A stretch of DNA of 64,000 nt from an uncultured bacterium (GTDB lineage: Bacteria; Margulisbacteria; WOR-1; CAVSGV01): contig CAVYHE010000008.1 of the NCBI GenBank assembly GCA_963768305.1, forward strand, positions 96,001 through 160,000. The letters are read 5' to 3'. The notes beneath the pieces were generated by a model that worked only from the letters and a program-made list of their open reading frames with translations, was not told where the DNA came from and made no database searches. Shown in pieces: positions 48,281 to 59,932 of this stretch. The stretch's first letter is position 1; each line of letters starts with the position of its first letter. The translations under genes were made by a program, and so were the position numbers.

Positions 48281-48308
48281 GTATCGTCACATTTATCTTA
48301 TAATTTCA
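48281..48308 (-). promoter_or_regulatory. Sigma-28-like promoter motif, copy 5
   Basis: Minus strand TGAAA-N15-GACGATAC. Confidence 0.68.
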
Positions 48309-48363
48309 CTTTTTTTTGAAATCTCGATGGGTAAATATGGGCGAATTATTGTATAATCACCCC

Positions 48364-48651
48364 ATGAAAGTTACGGTCAAAGACGTGGAACACGTCGCCA
48401 AGCTCGCAAGGCTGGGCCTGACGGAAGAAGAGAAAAAGCGCTTCACCGAACAGCTCTCGAACATACTGGAATATGCGGAAACCATCAACAAGCTTGACAC
48501 GAAAAATGCCGTGCCCACCTCGCACGCCATCCCGATGAAGAACATTTTCAGGGATGATAAAGCGATACCCTGTAGGAACACGGATGATATCCTTGCGAAC
48601 GCCCCGGAAAAAGAAAATAACATGTTCGCCGTGCCGAAGATAATGGAGTAA
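48364..48651 (+). CDS. gatC: Asp/Glu-tRNA amidotransferase subunit C
   Basis: [10 protein letters not shown]...FAVPKI; directly upstream of gatA. Confidence 0.95.
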   Translation: MKVTVKDVEHVAKLARLGLTEEEKKRFTEQLSNILEYAETINKLDTKNAVPTSHAIPMKNIFRDDKAIPCRNTDDILANAPEKENNMFAVPKIME

Positions 48652-48653
48652 AA

Positions 48654-50111
48654 ATGGAGCTTTTTGAACTTACCGCGCATGAACTTCACGAAAAACTTAA
48701 GAAAAAGGAAACTTCCGCGCAGGAGATCGTGAAGTCCATTCTCGGAAGAATAAGCAAGGTGGAGAACAGCGTTTCCGCCTTCATGACCATCAATATTGAT
48801 GAAGCCATAAAAAAAGCGAAAGAGATCGACGACCAGATTGCCGGCGGCAAACAGCTTACGGCTTTGACAGGGATACCCATTGCCGTAAAGGATAACCTGT
48901 GCACAAAAGGGATACTTACGACAGCATCATCAAAGATACTTCAAAATTATATCCCGCCTTACAACGCGACCGTTGTCGAAAAGATAACGGAAGCCGGCGC
49001 CATTCCCATCGGAAAGACGAACCTGGATGAATTCGCGATGGGCTCGTCCACCGAAAATTCGGCGTACAAGACGACCAAGAATCCGTGGAACCTCAAGACC
49101 GTTCCCGGAGGATCGTCCGGCGGCTCCGCCGCGAGCGTCGCTGCGGGAGAAGCTGTCCTTGCTTTCGGCTCCGATACCGGCGGCTCCATAAGGCAGCCGG
49201 CGTCGTTCTGCGGCGTCGTGGGATTGAAACCGACTTACGGCCGCGTTTCCAGGTACGGCCTCATCGCATTCGCTTCGTCGCTGGACCAGATCGGTCCGCT
49301 CACGAAGGACGTGACTGACGCGGCGATATTCCTTAATTTCATCGCCGGGCATGATCTTAAAGATTCGACGTCGGTCGATCTTCCGGTCCCGGACTACAGG
49401 AAGTCGCTTGTCGATGATGTCAAAAATCTTAAAGTCGGGCTGATAAAAGAGCTTCTGGGAAAAGGGATAGACGAAGGCGTTAAAAAAGCCATCCTCAATG
49501 CCGCGGAAACGATGAAAAAGCTGGGCGCAAAGGTTGAAGAGGTCTCATTGCCGGCGCTTGAATACGGAGTACCCGCTTATTATCTTCTCGCGACTGCTGA
49601 GGCGAGCTCGAATCTGGAAAGATACGACGGCGTGAAATACGGATTGAGGTCAAAGGACTCGGACGATCTTTTATCGATGTACTACAACACAAGGAGCGAA
49701 GGGTTCGGCCCGGAAGTTAAACGAAGGATAATGCTGGGGACTTACGCGCTTTCCGCCGGATATTATGATGCGTATTATTTGAAGGCGCAGAAGGTCAGGA
49801 CATTGATAAAGAATGATTTCGACAGGGCTTTTTCGAAATTCGATATCTTGATCTCCCCTACCGCGCCGACCGCCGCGTTCAATATCGGCGAAAAAGTTAA
49901 CGATCCGCTTTCCATGTATCTCTCTGACATCGCTACAATTCCAATCAATCTCGCTGGAATTCCGGCGATATCCATTCCGTGCGGATTCATCAATGACCTT
50001 CCGGTCGGTTTGCAGATAATGGGAAAAGCGTTCTCGGAAGAAACTCTTTTCAAAGCCGCTTATACATTTGAACAGCATACAGACTGGCACAAGAGAAGGC
50101 CAAAAATATGA
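48654..50111 (+). CDS. gatA: Asp/Glu-tRNA amidotransferase subunit A
   Basis: [22 protein letters not shown] and [10 protein letters not shown]. Confidence 0.97.
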   Translation: MELFELTAHELHEKLKKKETSAQEIVKSILGRISKVENSVSAFMTINIDEAIKKAKEIDDQIAGGKQLTALTGIPIAVKDNLCTKGILTTASSKILQNYIPPYNATVVEKITEAGAIPIGKTNLDEFAMGSSTENSAYKTTKNPWNLKTVPGGSSGGSAASVAAGEAVLAFGSDTGGSIRQPASFCGVVGLKPTYGRVSRYGLIAFASSLDQIGPLTKDVTDAAIFLNFIAGHDLKDSTSVDLPVPDYRKSLVDDVKNLKVGLIKELLGKGIDEGVKKAILNAAETMKKLGAKVEEVSLPALEYGVPAYYLLATAEASSNLERYDGVKYGLRSKDSDDLLSMYYNTRSEGFGPEVKRRIMLGTYALSAGYYDAYYLKAQKVRTLIKNDFDRAFSKFDILISPTAPTAAFNIGEKVNDPLSMYLSDIATIPINLAGIPAISIPCGFINDLPVGLQIMGKAFSEETLFKAAYTFEQHTDWHKRRPKI

Positions 50112-51553
50112 AATATGAAACAGTAATAGGGCTTGAAGTTCACGCTCAGTTATTAACTGAGTCGAAGATCTTCTGCACTTGCTCCACCAAATTCGGGGCA
50201 AAGCCGAACACGAACATCTGCCCGGTCTGCACGGGCCAGCCTGGAGTGCTTCCCGTCCTGAACAAGAAGGTCGTGGAGTTCGCTATCAAGACGGGGCTCG
50301 CGCTGAAGTCGAAGATAGCGCATCACTCGATCTTCGCCAGAAAGAATTATTTTTACCCGGACCTGCCGAAGAATTACCAGGTCTCGCAATATGAACTGCC
50401 GATAGCGACGGAAGGAAAGCTTGAGATAACAGTTGACGGAAAACCACGAACTATTGGCATTACACGAGTTCACCTTGAAGAAGACGCGGGAAAGCTGGTC
50501 CACGTGGGCGCCGCGGGATTGAAGGGTTCCAAATCAAGCCTTGTTGATTTTAACAGAACGGGAGTTCCTCTTATGGAAATAGTGAGCGAGCCGGACATCC
50601 GGTCGCCGGAAGAAGCGAAAATTTACATGCAGGAGCTGAGGAGCCTTCTGGTGGCGCTGGGCGTCTGCGACGGGAACATGGAGGAAGGAAGTTTAAGATG
50701 CGACGCGAATATTTCACTAAGGCCGGCCGGACAGAAGGAATTCGGCGTGAAAACGGAAGTCAAGAATATGAACTCTTTCAAGGCGGTGCAAAAAGCGCTG
50801 GCCGCGGAAGTCAAAAGGCAAACCCAGCTACTTGAAGAAGGCGGAAAGATAACCCAAGAAACAAGATTATATGATGACACGACCGACGCGACCGTCCCGA
50901 TGAGAAGCAAGGAAGAGGCGCATGATTACCGTTATTTTCCGGAGCCGGACCTTGTTCCCATCGAGATCGACAAAAAATGGATCGATGTGATAAGCATGAC
51001 CATCGGCGAGGTCCCGCGGGACAAAAAAGCCAGGTTCATGAAAGATTTCGGTTTGCCTGAAATGGATGCCGATATTTTGACAACTGATATTAATTTTTCA
51101 AAGTTATTCGAAGAAAGCGTTAAGCTTTTTGACCAGCCGAAAGAAATAAGTAAATGGCTTATCGGCGATGTTTCGGCATATCTTAATGACAAGAAAAAGA
51201 GTTTGGCTGAGATCGATCTTAAGCCGTCGAGCCTTATTGAATTGATAAAACTTGTGAGCGCCGGAACTATCAGCAGAGCAACTGGAAAAGACGCGTTCAT
51301 CAAGGCTCTTGATACGGGAAAGAACATCGCTGATATCGTCAAAGATTCAGGCGCGACCCAGATATCCGATAAAGATGAAATATCGAAGATGATCGTCGAT
51401 GTCATTCAGAAAAATCCTAAGCCGGTTGCTGATTACAAGGCCGGCAAGGAAAATTCGCTTTTCTTTCTGATGGGTCAGGTAATGAAGGCTTCTCAGGGCC
51501 GCGCGAACCCCGAGGTTGTGAAGAAAATATTGATCGAGGAACTGAAGAAATAA
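50108..51553 (+). CDS. gatB: Asp/Glu-tRNA amidotransferase subunit B
   Basis: [28 protein letters not shown] and [10 protein letters not shown]. Confidence 0.97.
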   Translation: MKYETVIGLEVHAQLLTESKIFCTCSTKFGAKPNTNICPVCTGQPGVLPVLNKKVVEFAIKTGLALKSKIAHHSIFARKNYFYPDLPKNYQVSQYELPIATEGKLEITVDGKPRTIGITRVHLEEDAGKLVHVGAAGLKGSKSSLVDFNRTGVPLMEIVSEPDIRSPEEAKIYMQELRSLLVALGVCDGNMEEGSLRCDANISLRPAGQKEFGVKTEVKNMNSFKAVQKALAAEVKRQTQLLEEGGKITQETRLYDDTTDATVPMRSKEEAHDYRYFPEPDLVPIEIDKKWIDVISMTIGEVPRDKKARFMKDFGLPEMDADILTTDINFSKLFEESVKLFDQPKEISKWLIGDVSAYLNDKKKSLAEIDLKPSSLIELIKLVSAGTISRATGKDAFIKALDTGKNIADIVKDSGATQISDKDEISKMIVDVIQKNPKPVADYKAGKENSLFFLMGQVMKASQGRANPEVVKKILIEELKK

Positions 51554-51558
51554 AATCC

Positions 51559-52164
51559 ATGAGCTCCATCACTTACCAGATAGGACGATCGCTTTACCTT
51601 AACATCACGAACAGATGCACCAGCAAATGCCAATTTTGCATACGGTACAAAACAAAGCTGTTCAACAGCAAACATGAGCTCTGGATAAAAAAAGAGCCCA
51701 CGGCGCAGGAAGTGATAAAAGAGATCGGCGACCCGTCAAAATATCTGGAAATTGTTTTTTGCGGATACGGGGAACCTCTTGTCAGGCTGGACGCGGTGAT
51801 CGAAATAAGCAAGTGGCTCAAGGAGAAAAAAGCGAAAGTGAGGATCGATACCAACGGCCACGGGAATTTGATCCATAAAAGGAATATCGTCCCGGAGCTG
51901 AAAGGATTGGTCGATTCCATCTCGATAAGCCTGAACGCCCACGACAGCAAGACATACGATCAATTATGCCGTTCTGATTTCGGGGAGGCGGCGTTCGATG
52001 GTATAATCGAGTTCGCCCGTGAATGCAAAAAATACATCCCGAAAGTCGAGATGACCGTCGTGGACCTTCCCGAAGTAAATAAAAAAGAAGCGAAAAAGAT
52101 CGCCGATGATATCGGCGCAACGTTCCGCGTAAGGCCGTATTACGAACAGGATTATGTAAAATGA
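51559..52164 (+). CDS. TatD-associated-type radical SAM protein
   Basis: LYLNITNRCTSKCQFC, EIVFCGYGEP and DTNGHG. Confidence 0.85.
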   Translation: MSSITYQIGRSLYLNITNRCTSKCQFCIRYKTKLFNSKHELWIKKEPTAQEVIKEIGDPSKYLEIVFCGYGEPLVRLDAVIEISKWLKEKKAKVRIDTNGHGNLIHKRNIVPELKGLVDSISISLNAHDSKTYDQLCRSDFGEAAFDGIIEFARECKKYIPKVEMTVVDLPEVNKKEAKKIADDIGATFRVRPYYEQDYVK

Positions 52165-53475
52165 AATATGATATTGCAGTTATTGGCGCAGGCCCCGGCG
52201 GATACACCGCCGCGATACGAGCCGCCCAGCTCGGCAAAAAAGTCGTCCTCATCGAAAAGGACCTTGTCGGCGGCAGCTGCCTTAATTACGGATGCATCCC
52301 GACGAAAGCGCTCCACGCCAGCACAAAATTATTCACAAAGATAAAAAAAGCGGGCCAGCTGGGAATAAGCGTCGAGAACCCGGCGATCGACCTCTCAAAG
52401 ATCGTCGACAGGAAAGACCGGGTGATAGGCCAGCTCAGAAAAGGCCTTGAATACCTTTTCCGTGAGAACAAGATCGACCTTGTAAGGGGCGAGGCAAAGC
52501 TCATCAGCCCGAAAGAGATCAAGGTCAACGATCAGGTGATCGAAGCTTCTAATTTGATACTTGCCACCGGCTCCACGATCCCGGACAGGACGCCTTTCCC
52601 CATTGACGAAAAAAAAGTTTTCTCTACTACCGGCATTTTGAACCTGAGGACCATCCCGCGAACGATGGCGATAATCGGGGCTGGGGCGGGCGGAGTGGAA
52701 ATGGCCTGCGTGTTCAACGCTCTCGGGTCTAAGGTCTCCCTTTTCGAAATGCTGCCGATCGATCCTTCCCGCGGGTGATGCGGAGACAGCCAAAGCGCTG
52801 GAGCAATATCTTGTAAAGAAAGGGATAGATATCAAATCGAACACGAAACTGGAGGATATTTCAGGGTACGATGCCGTCCTTGTAAGCGTGGGAAGAAAGC
52901 TTGTCACGGACGGATTTGAAAAGATCGGGGTCAAGATGGAAAAAGGGAAAGTCCTGGTGAACGAGAAAATGCAGACGAATATTTCGAACGTTTACGCGAT
53001 AGGCGACATCACCGGAAAATATATGCTTGCGCACGCGGCTGCGCGAGAAGGAATAGTCGCGGCTGAGAACGCCTGCGGAAAAAGCGCGAAAATGGACTAC
53101 CGTTTCATCCCCCAATGCGTTTATTCCGAGCCTGAGGTCGCGTCCGTAGGCTTAACGGAGGAAGAATCCAGAGCTAAATACAAAGACATTAAGATCGGCA
53201 AAGTTCCTTTAACCGCGTCTTCAAAGTCATTGATCGAGGATGAAAGGGATGGCTTCGTAAAAGTGATCGCCGACAGTTCAGGCAGGATATTGGGCGCGCA
53301 CATATTAAGCAGCGAGGCCACGGAAATGATAGGCGAAGCCGTCCTTGCCATGAACAAAGGCATGAAAATGGACGATATTATTTCCACGATCCACGCCCAT
53401 CCGACAATGTATGAATCCATGGGAGAAGCGGCGGCAAACGCGCTTAAACAAGCTATCACCATACTAAATCGATGA
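52161..53475 (+). CDS. lpdA: Dihydrolipoamide dehydrogenase, frameshift near 52760
   Basis: GAGPGGY, GGSCLNYGCIP and HAHPT. Confidence 0.92.
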
Positions 53476-54308
53476 GCCCCCTCCCCCATTGGCTGATAAA
53501 AAGAACTCCCAAATCTGAGAACATTAAACTGATCAGAGGTCTTATCGGCGATCAAATTAATACGGTTTGCGAATCGGCGAAATGCCCGAATATCGGCGAG
53601 TGCTACAGCAGAAAGACCGTCACTTTCATGATCTTGGGGAATATCTGCACAAGAGGTTGCAGGTTCTGTGCTGTCGATGCGGGATCACCAACCCAGCCCG
53701 ATCCGATGGAGCCGAAAAATGTCGCGGAGGCGTCAAAGAAGCTCGGATTAAAATATGTTGTTGTGACTTCGGTGACAAGGGACGATCTTCCGGACGGCGG
53801 AGCAAGCTATTTCGCCAAGACCATCATTGAACTTAAAAAAACCAGCCCCGGAACAAAAGTGGAAGTGCTTATTCCAGATCTCAACGGAAAAGAAGAATCC
53901 TTGAAAACAGTTATCGATGCGAGACCGGATGTGCTTAACCACAATATTGAGATGGCGCCAAGATTGTACGGCAGCCACAGGCCGAGATCGAATTATTACA
54001 CGTCGATAAATGTCCTTAGAACGGCAAAGAGGATAAACGGCAAAACAGTGATAAAGTCGGGATTTATGCTCGGGCTTGGCGAAAAAGACGATGAGATCCG
54101 CAGTTTGATGATGGAATTGAAATCAGCCGGCTGCGATATTGTAACCATCGGCCAGTACATCGCCCCTTCACAAGACAGGGCAAAAGTTGTAGAATACATA
54201 CGGCCTGAAAAATTCGACGAATACAGGGATTTTGGAGCGTCGATCGGCATAAAAAAAGTGATCTCCGGGCCTTTTGTCCGCAGCTCATATCTTGCCGATA
54301 AAATTTAA
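53472..54308 (+). CDS. lipA: Lipoyl synthase
   Basis: CESAKCPNIGEC, CTRGCRFC and VRSSY. Confidence 0.95.
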   Translation: MSPLPHWLIKRTPKSENIKLIRGLIGDQINTVCESAKCPNIGECYSRKTVTFMILGNICTRGCRFCAVDAGSPTQPDPMEPKNVAEASKKLGLKYVVVTSVTRDDLPDGGASYFAKTIIELKKTSPGTKVEVLIPDLNGKEESLKTVIDARPDVLNHNIEMAPRLYGSHRPRSNYYTSINVLRTAKRINGKTVIKSGFMLGLGEKDDEIRSLMMELKSAGCDIVTIGQYIAPSQDRAKVVEYIRPEKFDEYRDFGASIGIKKVISGPFVRSSYLADKI

Positions 54309-54323
54309 TAAAGGATTAACTAA

Positions 54324-55489
54324 ATGGAAGAGGCAGAGAGACTACAGAAACTACCCACCTACATATTCGCCAAACAGGACAAGCTAAAGCGGAGATGAGG
54401 AAAAAGGGAGCGGACCTTATCGACCTCGGGCTCGGAAGCCCGGACATCCCTCCGCCGAAAGAAGTCATTGATGAAATGATCTCCGCCCTGAAAGACCCCG
54501 CCAATCACAGATATCCGCCTTTTGACGGCTCGCATGAATTCATACAGGCGATAATCAACTGGGTTAAACGCCAGTACAATGTCCATGTTAATGATGAAGA
54601 GGTTGTCCTCTCATCGGCTCAAAAGAAGGCCTGGTACATCTTCAGTTCGCTTATTTGAACCCGGGAGACACAACGCTTGTCCCGATGCCCGCTTATCCCG
54701 CTCATTTCAGGGGCGCGATCCTGGCGGGAGCTGAGCCGGTGGTGCTTCCGACCACTGAAAGGACGGGTTTCCTTCCGAACCTGAAAATAATCGACGAATC
54801 CATCGCGAAGCGCGCAAAGATGCTTTTCCTGTCCTATCCGACAAACCCGACCGGCGCCTGCGTGCCTATAGAATTTTTCGAGGAAGCGGTCCATTTCGCG
54901 AAGAAATACGATCTCATTCTTGTCCACGATTTCGCTTACGCGGAGATATATTTTGACGGAAAGAAGCCGCCAAGCATCATGACCGTTCCCGGGCGCAAAG
55001 GACGTCGCGATAGAATTCCACACCATGTCAAAGACTTTCGGCATGGCGGGATGGAGATGCGGATTCGCCGTCGGCAATAGGAATTTTATCGAATCGCTGA
55101 GAAAGATAAAGACAAACCTCGATTACGGGATGTTCAATGCGATACAGAAAGCCGCGATAAAAGCGTTAACAATGGAGAACGGATATATAGATAACGTGAG
55201 GGCGACATATCAGAGAAGAAGGGACCTGGTCATAGACCGCCTGAAAGAGCTGGGCTGGAACGTCCCGAAGCCAAAAGGCGCCATGTACGTGTGGTTGCCC
55301 ATCCCGAAAGGCTTCAATTCATACGACTGGATGATGTATCTTATGGAAAAAGCCGGCGTCGTCGTCACCCCGGGGATCGCTTTCGGCGAGCTTGGGGAAG
55401 GATATGCCAGGATATCATTGATAGATTCCGAAGAGAACCTGAATAAGGCTTTCGATCGCATGAAGAAAGCGGGAGTGAGATATGGATAG
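54324..55489 (+). CDS. Second LL-DAP-aminotransferase-like PLP enzyme, frameshifted
   Basis: LPTYIF, DLGLGSPD, SYPTNPTG, HDFAY and SKTFGMAGWR. Confidence 0.85.
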
Positions 55490-56486
55490 GCCTGTTGTCG
55501 CGGTAACAATGGGAGACGCTTCCGGGATAGGCCCGGAAATAATAGTAAAGGCGTTCCAGAACGCGGAAATACAGAACATTTCGCGCACCATAGTGATCGG
55601 CGACGCCCGCATAATGAAGTCAGCCCTTAAATTCGCGAAAGACCACTCCATAGATATTAACCCGATAAAGGACGTGCAGGAAGCGCGCTTTGCAAGGGGC
55701 GTCATAGACGTGCTTGATCTTGCGAACCTTGAGCCGTCCAAAGTGAAGATCGGCCAGATCTGCGCGCCATGCGGAAAAGCGGCGATCGAATATCTGGAAA
55801 AAGCCATTAAGCTTGCAATGGGAAAAGATATTGACGCTATTGCCACGGCTCCCATAAACAAGGAGGCCATCCGCAAAGCAGGGTACAGGTTCGCGGGCCA
55901 CACGGAGCTGCTCGCAAAAAGGACAAAGACAAAGAATTACGCGATGATGTTCGTCTCCGATCCGTTCTGGGTCATGCTTGTCACGACGCACCTGCCGCTC
56001 AATAAAGTGAGCAAGGCGATCAATAAAAAGAAAGTCCTCCAGACGATCAAACTTGCCAATGAATTCCTTTACAATATCAGGGGAAAGAAACCGAAGATCG
56101 GCGTGGCAGGCTTAAATCCGCACGCGGGCGAAGGCGGGATATTCGGCAACGAAGAGAAAAAAGCGATAAAACCTGCGGTCGAGGAAGCAAAGAAGATGGG
56201 GATAAATGTCCGGGGACCTATATCTCCGGACGGGATATTTTACCTGGCGAAAAGCGGCTTGTTCGATATAGTGATAGCAATGTACCACGATCAGGGATTG
56301 ATCCCTCTTAAGCTTCTCTCTTTCAATAAGTCGGTCAATGTGACAGTGGGCCTTCCGATAATAAGGACATCCGTGGACCACGGCACGGGATTCGACATAG
56401 CGGGCAAAGGATGGGCAAATCCGGCCAGTCTTATTGAAGCCGTGAAGGTCGCCGCGCATTTCGCGAAATCCCGCAACAATAAGTGA
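55482..56486 (+). CDS. pdxA: 4-hydroxythreonine-4-phosphate dehydrogenase
   Basis: TMGDASGIGPE, GHTE, NPHAGE, MYHDQG and RTSVDHGT. Confidence 0.95.
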   Translation: MDRPVVAVTMGDASGIGPEIIVKAFQNAEIQNISRTIVIGDARIMKSALKFAKDHSIDINPIKDVQEARFARGVIDVLDLANLEPSKVKIGQICAPCGKAAIEYLEKAIKLAMGKDIDAIATAPINKEAIRKAGYRFAGHTELLAKRTKTKNYAMMFVSDPFWVMLVTTHLPLNKVSKAINKKKVLQTIKLANEFLYNIRGKKPKIGVAGLNPHAGEGGIFGNEEKKAIKPAVEEAKKMGINVRGPISPDGIFYLAKSGLFDIVIAMYHDQGLIPLKLLSFNKSVNVTVGLPIIRTSVDHGTGFDIAGKGWANPASLIEAVKVAAHFAKSRNNK

Positions 56487-57292
56487 TCCGGGAAACTCTA
56501 CGCAAGTTCAACATCAGGCTTAATAAGGACCTCGGCCAGAATTTCCTTCCTGACAAGGACGCCTTGGATCGTATCGTTAAAGCCGCTGAAGTTTCGAAGG
56601 ACGATTTGATACTTGAGATCGGCACAGGCATAGGCACTCTCACAAAACCTCTTGCACAAAAAGCCGGCTTCGTTGTGTCTGTCGAAATAGATGACAAGCT
56701 TATCCCCGCCGCGAAAGAATATCTTGCAGGGATCGATAACATTGAATTGATCAATGAGGATGTGATGAAGCTTGATATTCCGTCAGTTATCAAAAAACAT
56801 CCGAAATTCAAGACGGCAAAAGTCGTATCCAACCTCCCCTACTGCATAACGACGCCGCTTATTTCTAAATTGCTGAAACGCGAAAACAAATTCAGGCTGA
56901 TGGTCATAACCATTCAAAAGGAAGTTGCGAAACGGATAGTCAGCCCGCCGGGAGGCAAGGAATACGGGGCTTTTACGGTCTTCGTTAATTATTATGCGAA
57001 GCCTAAAATAATTTCATACCTTTCGAAAACATCTTTCATACCGCAGCCGGAAGTCGACTCGGCAATATTAAAGCTGGAAGTCCTGGCCAAGCCGTCGGTT
57101 GATGTTAAAGATGAGAAATTGTTTTTCAGGGTCTATCGCGCGGCTTTCAACCAGAGGCGGAAAATGTTGAAGAACGCCCTCCAGGCCGCTCACATAGAAT
57201 GGCCGGCTGACACGGATATTGACGGAAGGCGCCGTGGAGAGACGCTGTCGATCGAAGAATTTGCTAAGCTTTCGAATCTGATCTCTGCCTGA
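56483..57292 (+). CDS. rsmA: 16S rRNA dimethyladenosine transferase
   Basis: LGQNFL, EIGTGIG, SNLPY, QKEVA and QRRK. Confidence 0.95.
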   Translation: MIRETLRKFNIRLNKDLGQNFLPDKDALDRIVKAAEVSKDDLILEIGTGIGTLTKPLAQKAGFVVSVEIDDKLIPAAKEYLAGIDNIELINEDVMKLDIPSVIKKHPKFKTAKVVSNLPYCITTPLISKLLKRENKFRLMVITIQKEVAKRIVSPPGGKEYGAFTVFVNYYAKPKIISYLSKTSFIPQPEVDSAILKLEVLAKPSVDVKDEKLFFRVYRAAFNQRRKMLKNALQAAHIEWPADTDIDGRRRGETLSIEEFAKLSNLISA

Positions 57293-57321
57293 TCCTCTCT
57301 TAAAATAACCCTAAAAAAAAG

Positions 57322-57349
57322 TGAAATTTTCGGACGAATGTCTCGATAT
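57322..57349 (+). promoter_or_regulatory. Sigma-28-like promoter motif, copy 6
   Basis: TGAAA-N15-CTCGATAT, 19 nt upstream of ORF 57369. Confidence 0.62.
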
Positions 57350-57368
57350 ATATTTGTAGGGAAATTTT

Positions 57369-58061
57369 ATGTTAGAACTTTACAAAATACCATGTATCAC
57401 GGGAAAGAACTTTCGAAAAACCGAATTCGTCGGATTTAACAGCGTTCAGGTTGATAAGCTTGCTCTATTAGCAAAGAAAGGCGTCTTTTTCACAAGATCT
57501 GTGCTTTTGGCTTTACGCAACCATCCTAATGCATCTCAAGGGCTAACTGGGTTCCTAAATAAGGCGGTTGAGTGGCCCACGTTCAGATCAGATGATCTGA
57601 ATTATGCAGCTAAAAAAACTTTCGGCTCATTCCCATTCCGTTTATCCCAGATACCGGCTTATTGTTTGGATGAAGGGTTCTTATGCGCCCACAAAAAAGT
57701 TAAAACGCTTATTGCTTCTTGGGATGACAGCACGGTACCATATCCAAAGGAGTTGGAAATAAAGCTCACAGGAGAAATCGGTAACACTGAGCTCGCCGAA
57801 AAGATCCTGCCATTATTAAGGATACATGTTCAAGTATGGAGACAAAAATGGGATGATTATCCGGAAACTTCAAGCTTATATGGGGAGTTTGCAAAAATCT
57901 ATGTTCATGAAACAATCAATAAAGCTTTAAAGGAAGCTTTGCCAAACTTATCCGCTTATACTCCTCATCATGAAGGGCCATCAATATTTCAGATCAGTGA
58001 TACATATACAATAATAGCTGTTGTCAAAAAAGCTCCGTCAACTCCCCATTCAATTTGGTGA
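57369..58061 (+). CDS. Orphan hypothetical protein (230 aa)
   Basis: Intact AT-rich ORF between rsmA and mdh; no recognisable domain. Confidence 0.65.
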   Translation: MLELYKIPCITGKNFRKTEFVGFNSVQVDKLALLAKKGVFFTRSVLLALRNHPNASQGLTGFLNKAVEWPTFRSDDLNYAAKKTFGSFPFRLSQIPAYCLDEGFLCAHKKVKTLIASWDDSTVPYPKELEIKLTGEIGNTELAEKILPLLRIHVQVWRQKWDDYPETSSLYGEFAKIYVHETINKALKEALPNLSAYTPHHEGPSIFQISDTYTIIAVVKKAPSTPHSIW

Positions 58062-58166
58062 TCTTTTTAATATAGCACCCAAATATTCTTATATAAGTTT
58101 ATCCTGATCTTATCAAATTGACCTCTATCTAATGTAAAGCTATAATGAACCTCACGAGGTGAAAAT

Positions 58167-59093
58167 TTGAAGCATAAGGTATCGGTTTTCGGCGCGGGCA
58201 ACGTAGGAGCGGAAACGGCAAGGCGGATAGCGGAAAAGGATCTTGCCGATGTCGTTCTGGTGGACATAATCGACGGCATCCCCCAGGGAAAAGCGCTTGA
58301 TATCCTCCAATCAGGCCCCGTACAGGGCTTCGACGGCAAGATCGAAGGCACGAACGATCCTTCGATGATCGAAAACTCTGATATCGTGGTCGTTACTGCC
58401 GGCCTCGCAAGAAAGCCGGGAATGAGCAGGGATGACCTTCAGGCGGTCAATGCCAACATCGTCAAGGGCATTACCGAAAATATCAAGAAGTTCGCTCCAA
58501 ATTCGATAATAATAATGGTGACGAACCCTCTGGACGTGATGACATATTTGGCGTGGAAAGTCAGCGGTTTTGAGAGCCGAAAAGTTTTCGGAATGGCGGG
58601 TCTTCTTGACACGGCAAGGATGATAACTTTTATATCGATGGAAACCGGCATCCCCTCTTCAAAAATACAGGCGATGGTCCTGGGCGGCCACGGGGACTTG
58701 ATGGTTCCGATCATCAGCCAGGTTAAGGCTGACGGAAAGCCGCTTGAAAAATTGATCTCTAAGCAAAAGATCGATGAGATAGTCAAAAGGACCGCGAATG
58801 GCGGAGCGGAGATAGTCAATCTGCTTAAAACCGGTAGCGCGTATTACGCGCCTTCCGCTTCTGCCGCGGCGATGGCGGAAGCGATCATAAAGAACAGCGG
58901 AAAGGTAATTCCCAGCGCTGTCATCATGAACGGGGAATACGGATTGAACAATATTTGTTTCGGCGTTCCTGCGAAGATAGGAAAGAACGGCATCGAAAAA
59001 GTGATCGAACTTAAACTGACAAATCAGGAGCATGAAATGCTGTTGAAGTCCGCCAATTCTGTTAAAGAAAATATTGCGAAACTAAATATATGA
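58167..59093 (+). CDS. mdh: Malate dehydrogenase (LDH-like)
   Basis: GAGNVG, AGLARKPGMSRDDL, VTNPLD, GGHGD and GSAYYAP. Confidence 0.95.
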   Translation: MKHKVSVFGAGNVGAETARRIAEKDLADVVLVDIIDGIPQGKALDILQSGPVQGFDGKIEGTNDPSMIENSDIVVVTAGLARKPGMSRDDLQAVNANIVKGITENIKKFAPNSIIIMVTNPLDVMTYLAWKVSGFESRKVFGMAGLLDTARMITFISMETGIPSSKIQAMVLGGHGDLMVPIISQVKADGKPLEKLISKQKIDEIVKRTANGGAEIVNLLKTGSAYYAPSASAAAMAEAIIKNSGKVIPSAVIMNGEYGLNNICFGVPAKIGKNGIEKVIELKLTNQEHEMLLKSANSVKENIAKLNI

Positions 59094-59932
59094 AACAGAT
59101 CGAAGCAAAAAAAATAACTGAAACTGTCCGCGACCTCTGCATACAGGCGAACTATGAACTCTCCGATGAAATGGTTGCTCTTCTGAATAAGGCTTTAAAA
59201 AATGAAAAGTCCGGCAACGGCAGGGAAGTTATCAGGGAACTGATAAGCAATGCCGATATCGCGAAGAAGGCAAGATATCCTGTCTGTCAGGACACAGGGC
59301 TTGCGCTGGTATTCCTTGAGATCGGCCAGGATGTGATGATAACCGGCGGAAATCTGACCGAAGCCGTCAATGAGGGGGTCAGCCGCGGTTATAAAGAAGG
59401 CTATTTAAGGACTTCTGTTGTTCACGATCCTTTTCAGAGAAAGAACACAAATGACAATACTCCTGCGATCATACACACTGATATTGTCCCGGGTGAAAAG
59501 ATCAAAATAACTTTCATGGCAAAGGGCGGCGGATGCGAGAATGTGGGCGCGTATAAAATGTTCAAGCCCGGAGCCGGCAGGGAAGAGGTTGAACAATTCG
59601 TCGTTGAAACTGTTAAAAATGCGGGCGCGAACCCCTGCCCTCCTATAATTGTCGGGGTTGGGATCGGCGGAAACCAGGAGCGCTCTGCTTTCCTTGCCAA
59701 AAAAGCGCTTCTCCGGGAGATAGGAAAACAGAGCTCAAACAAAGAAACCCATCAGATGGAAAAAGATCTTTTTGAAAAGATAAACAAGCTGGGGATCGGC
59801 CCAGAAGGCCTGGGCGGAACGACCACCGCGCTTGCCGTCCACATTGAAACAGCGCCCTGCCACATTGCCAGCCTGCCGGTCACTGTCAGTATTGATTGCC
59901 ATGCGCATCGCGTTAAAGAGGCGGTCATATAA
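59090..59932 (+). CDS. Fe-S fumarate hydratase, alpha subunit
   Basis: PVCQDTG, KGGGCEN, NPCPP and CHIAS. Confidence 0.92.
   Translation: MKQIEAKKITETVRDLCIQANYELSDEMVALLNKALKNEKSGNGREVIRELISNADIAKKARYPVCQDTGLALVFLEIGQDVMITGGNLTEAVNEGVSRGYKEGYLRTSVVHDPFQRKNTNDNTPAIIHTDIVPGEKIKITFMAKGGGCENVGAYKMFKPGAGREEVEQFVVETVKNAGANPCPPIIVGVGIGGNQERSAFLAKKALLREIGKQSSNKETHQMEKDLFEKINKLGIGPEGLGGTTTALAVHIETAPCHIASLPVTVSIDCHAHRVKEAVI

Noticed and set aside
51559..52164. Radical SAM protein as the missing NrdG activase
   Set aside because: Its motifs fit the TatD-associated rSAM family, and it sits in the gatCAB-lpdA-lipA run about 43 kb from nrdD.
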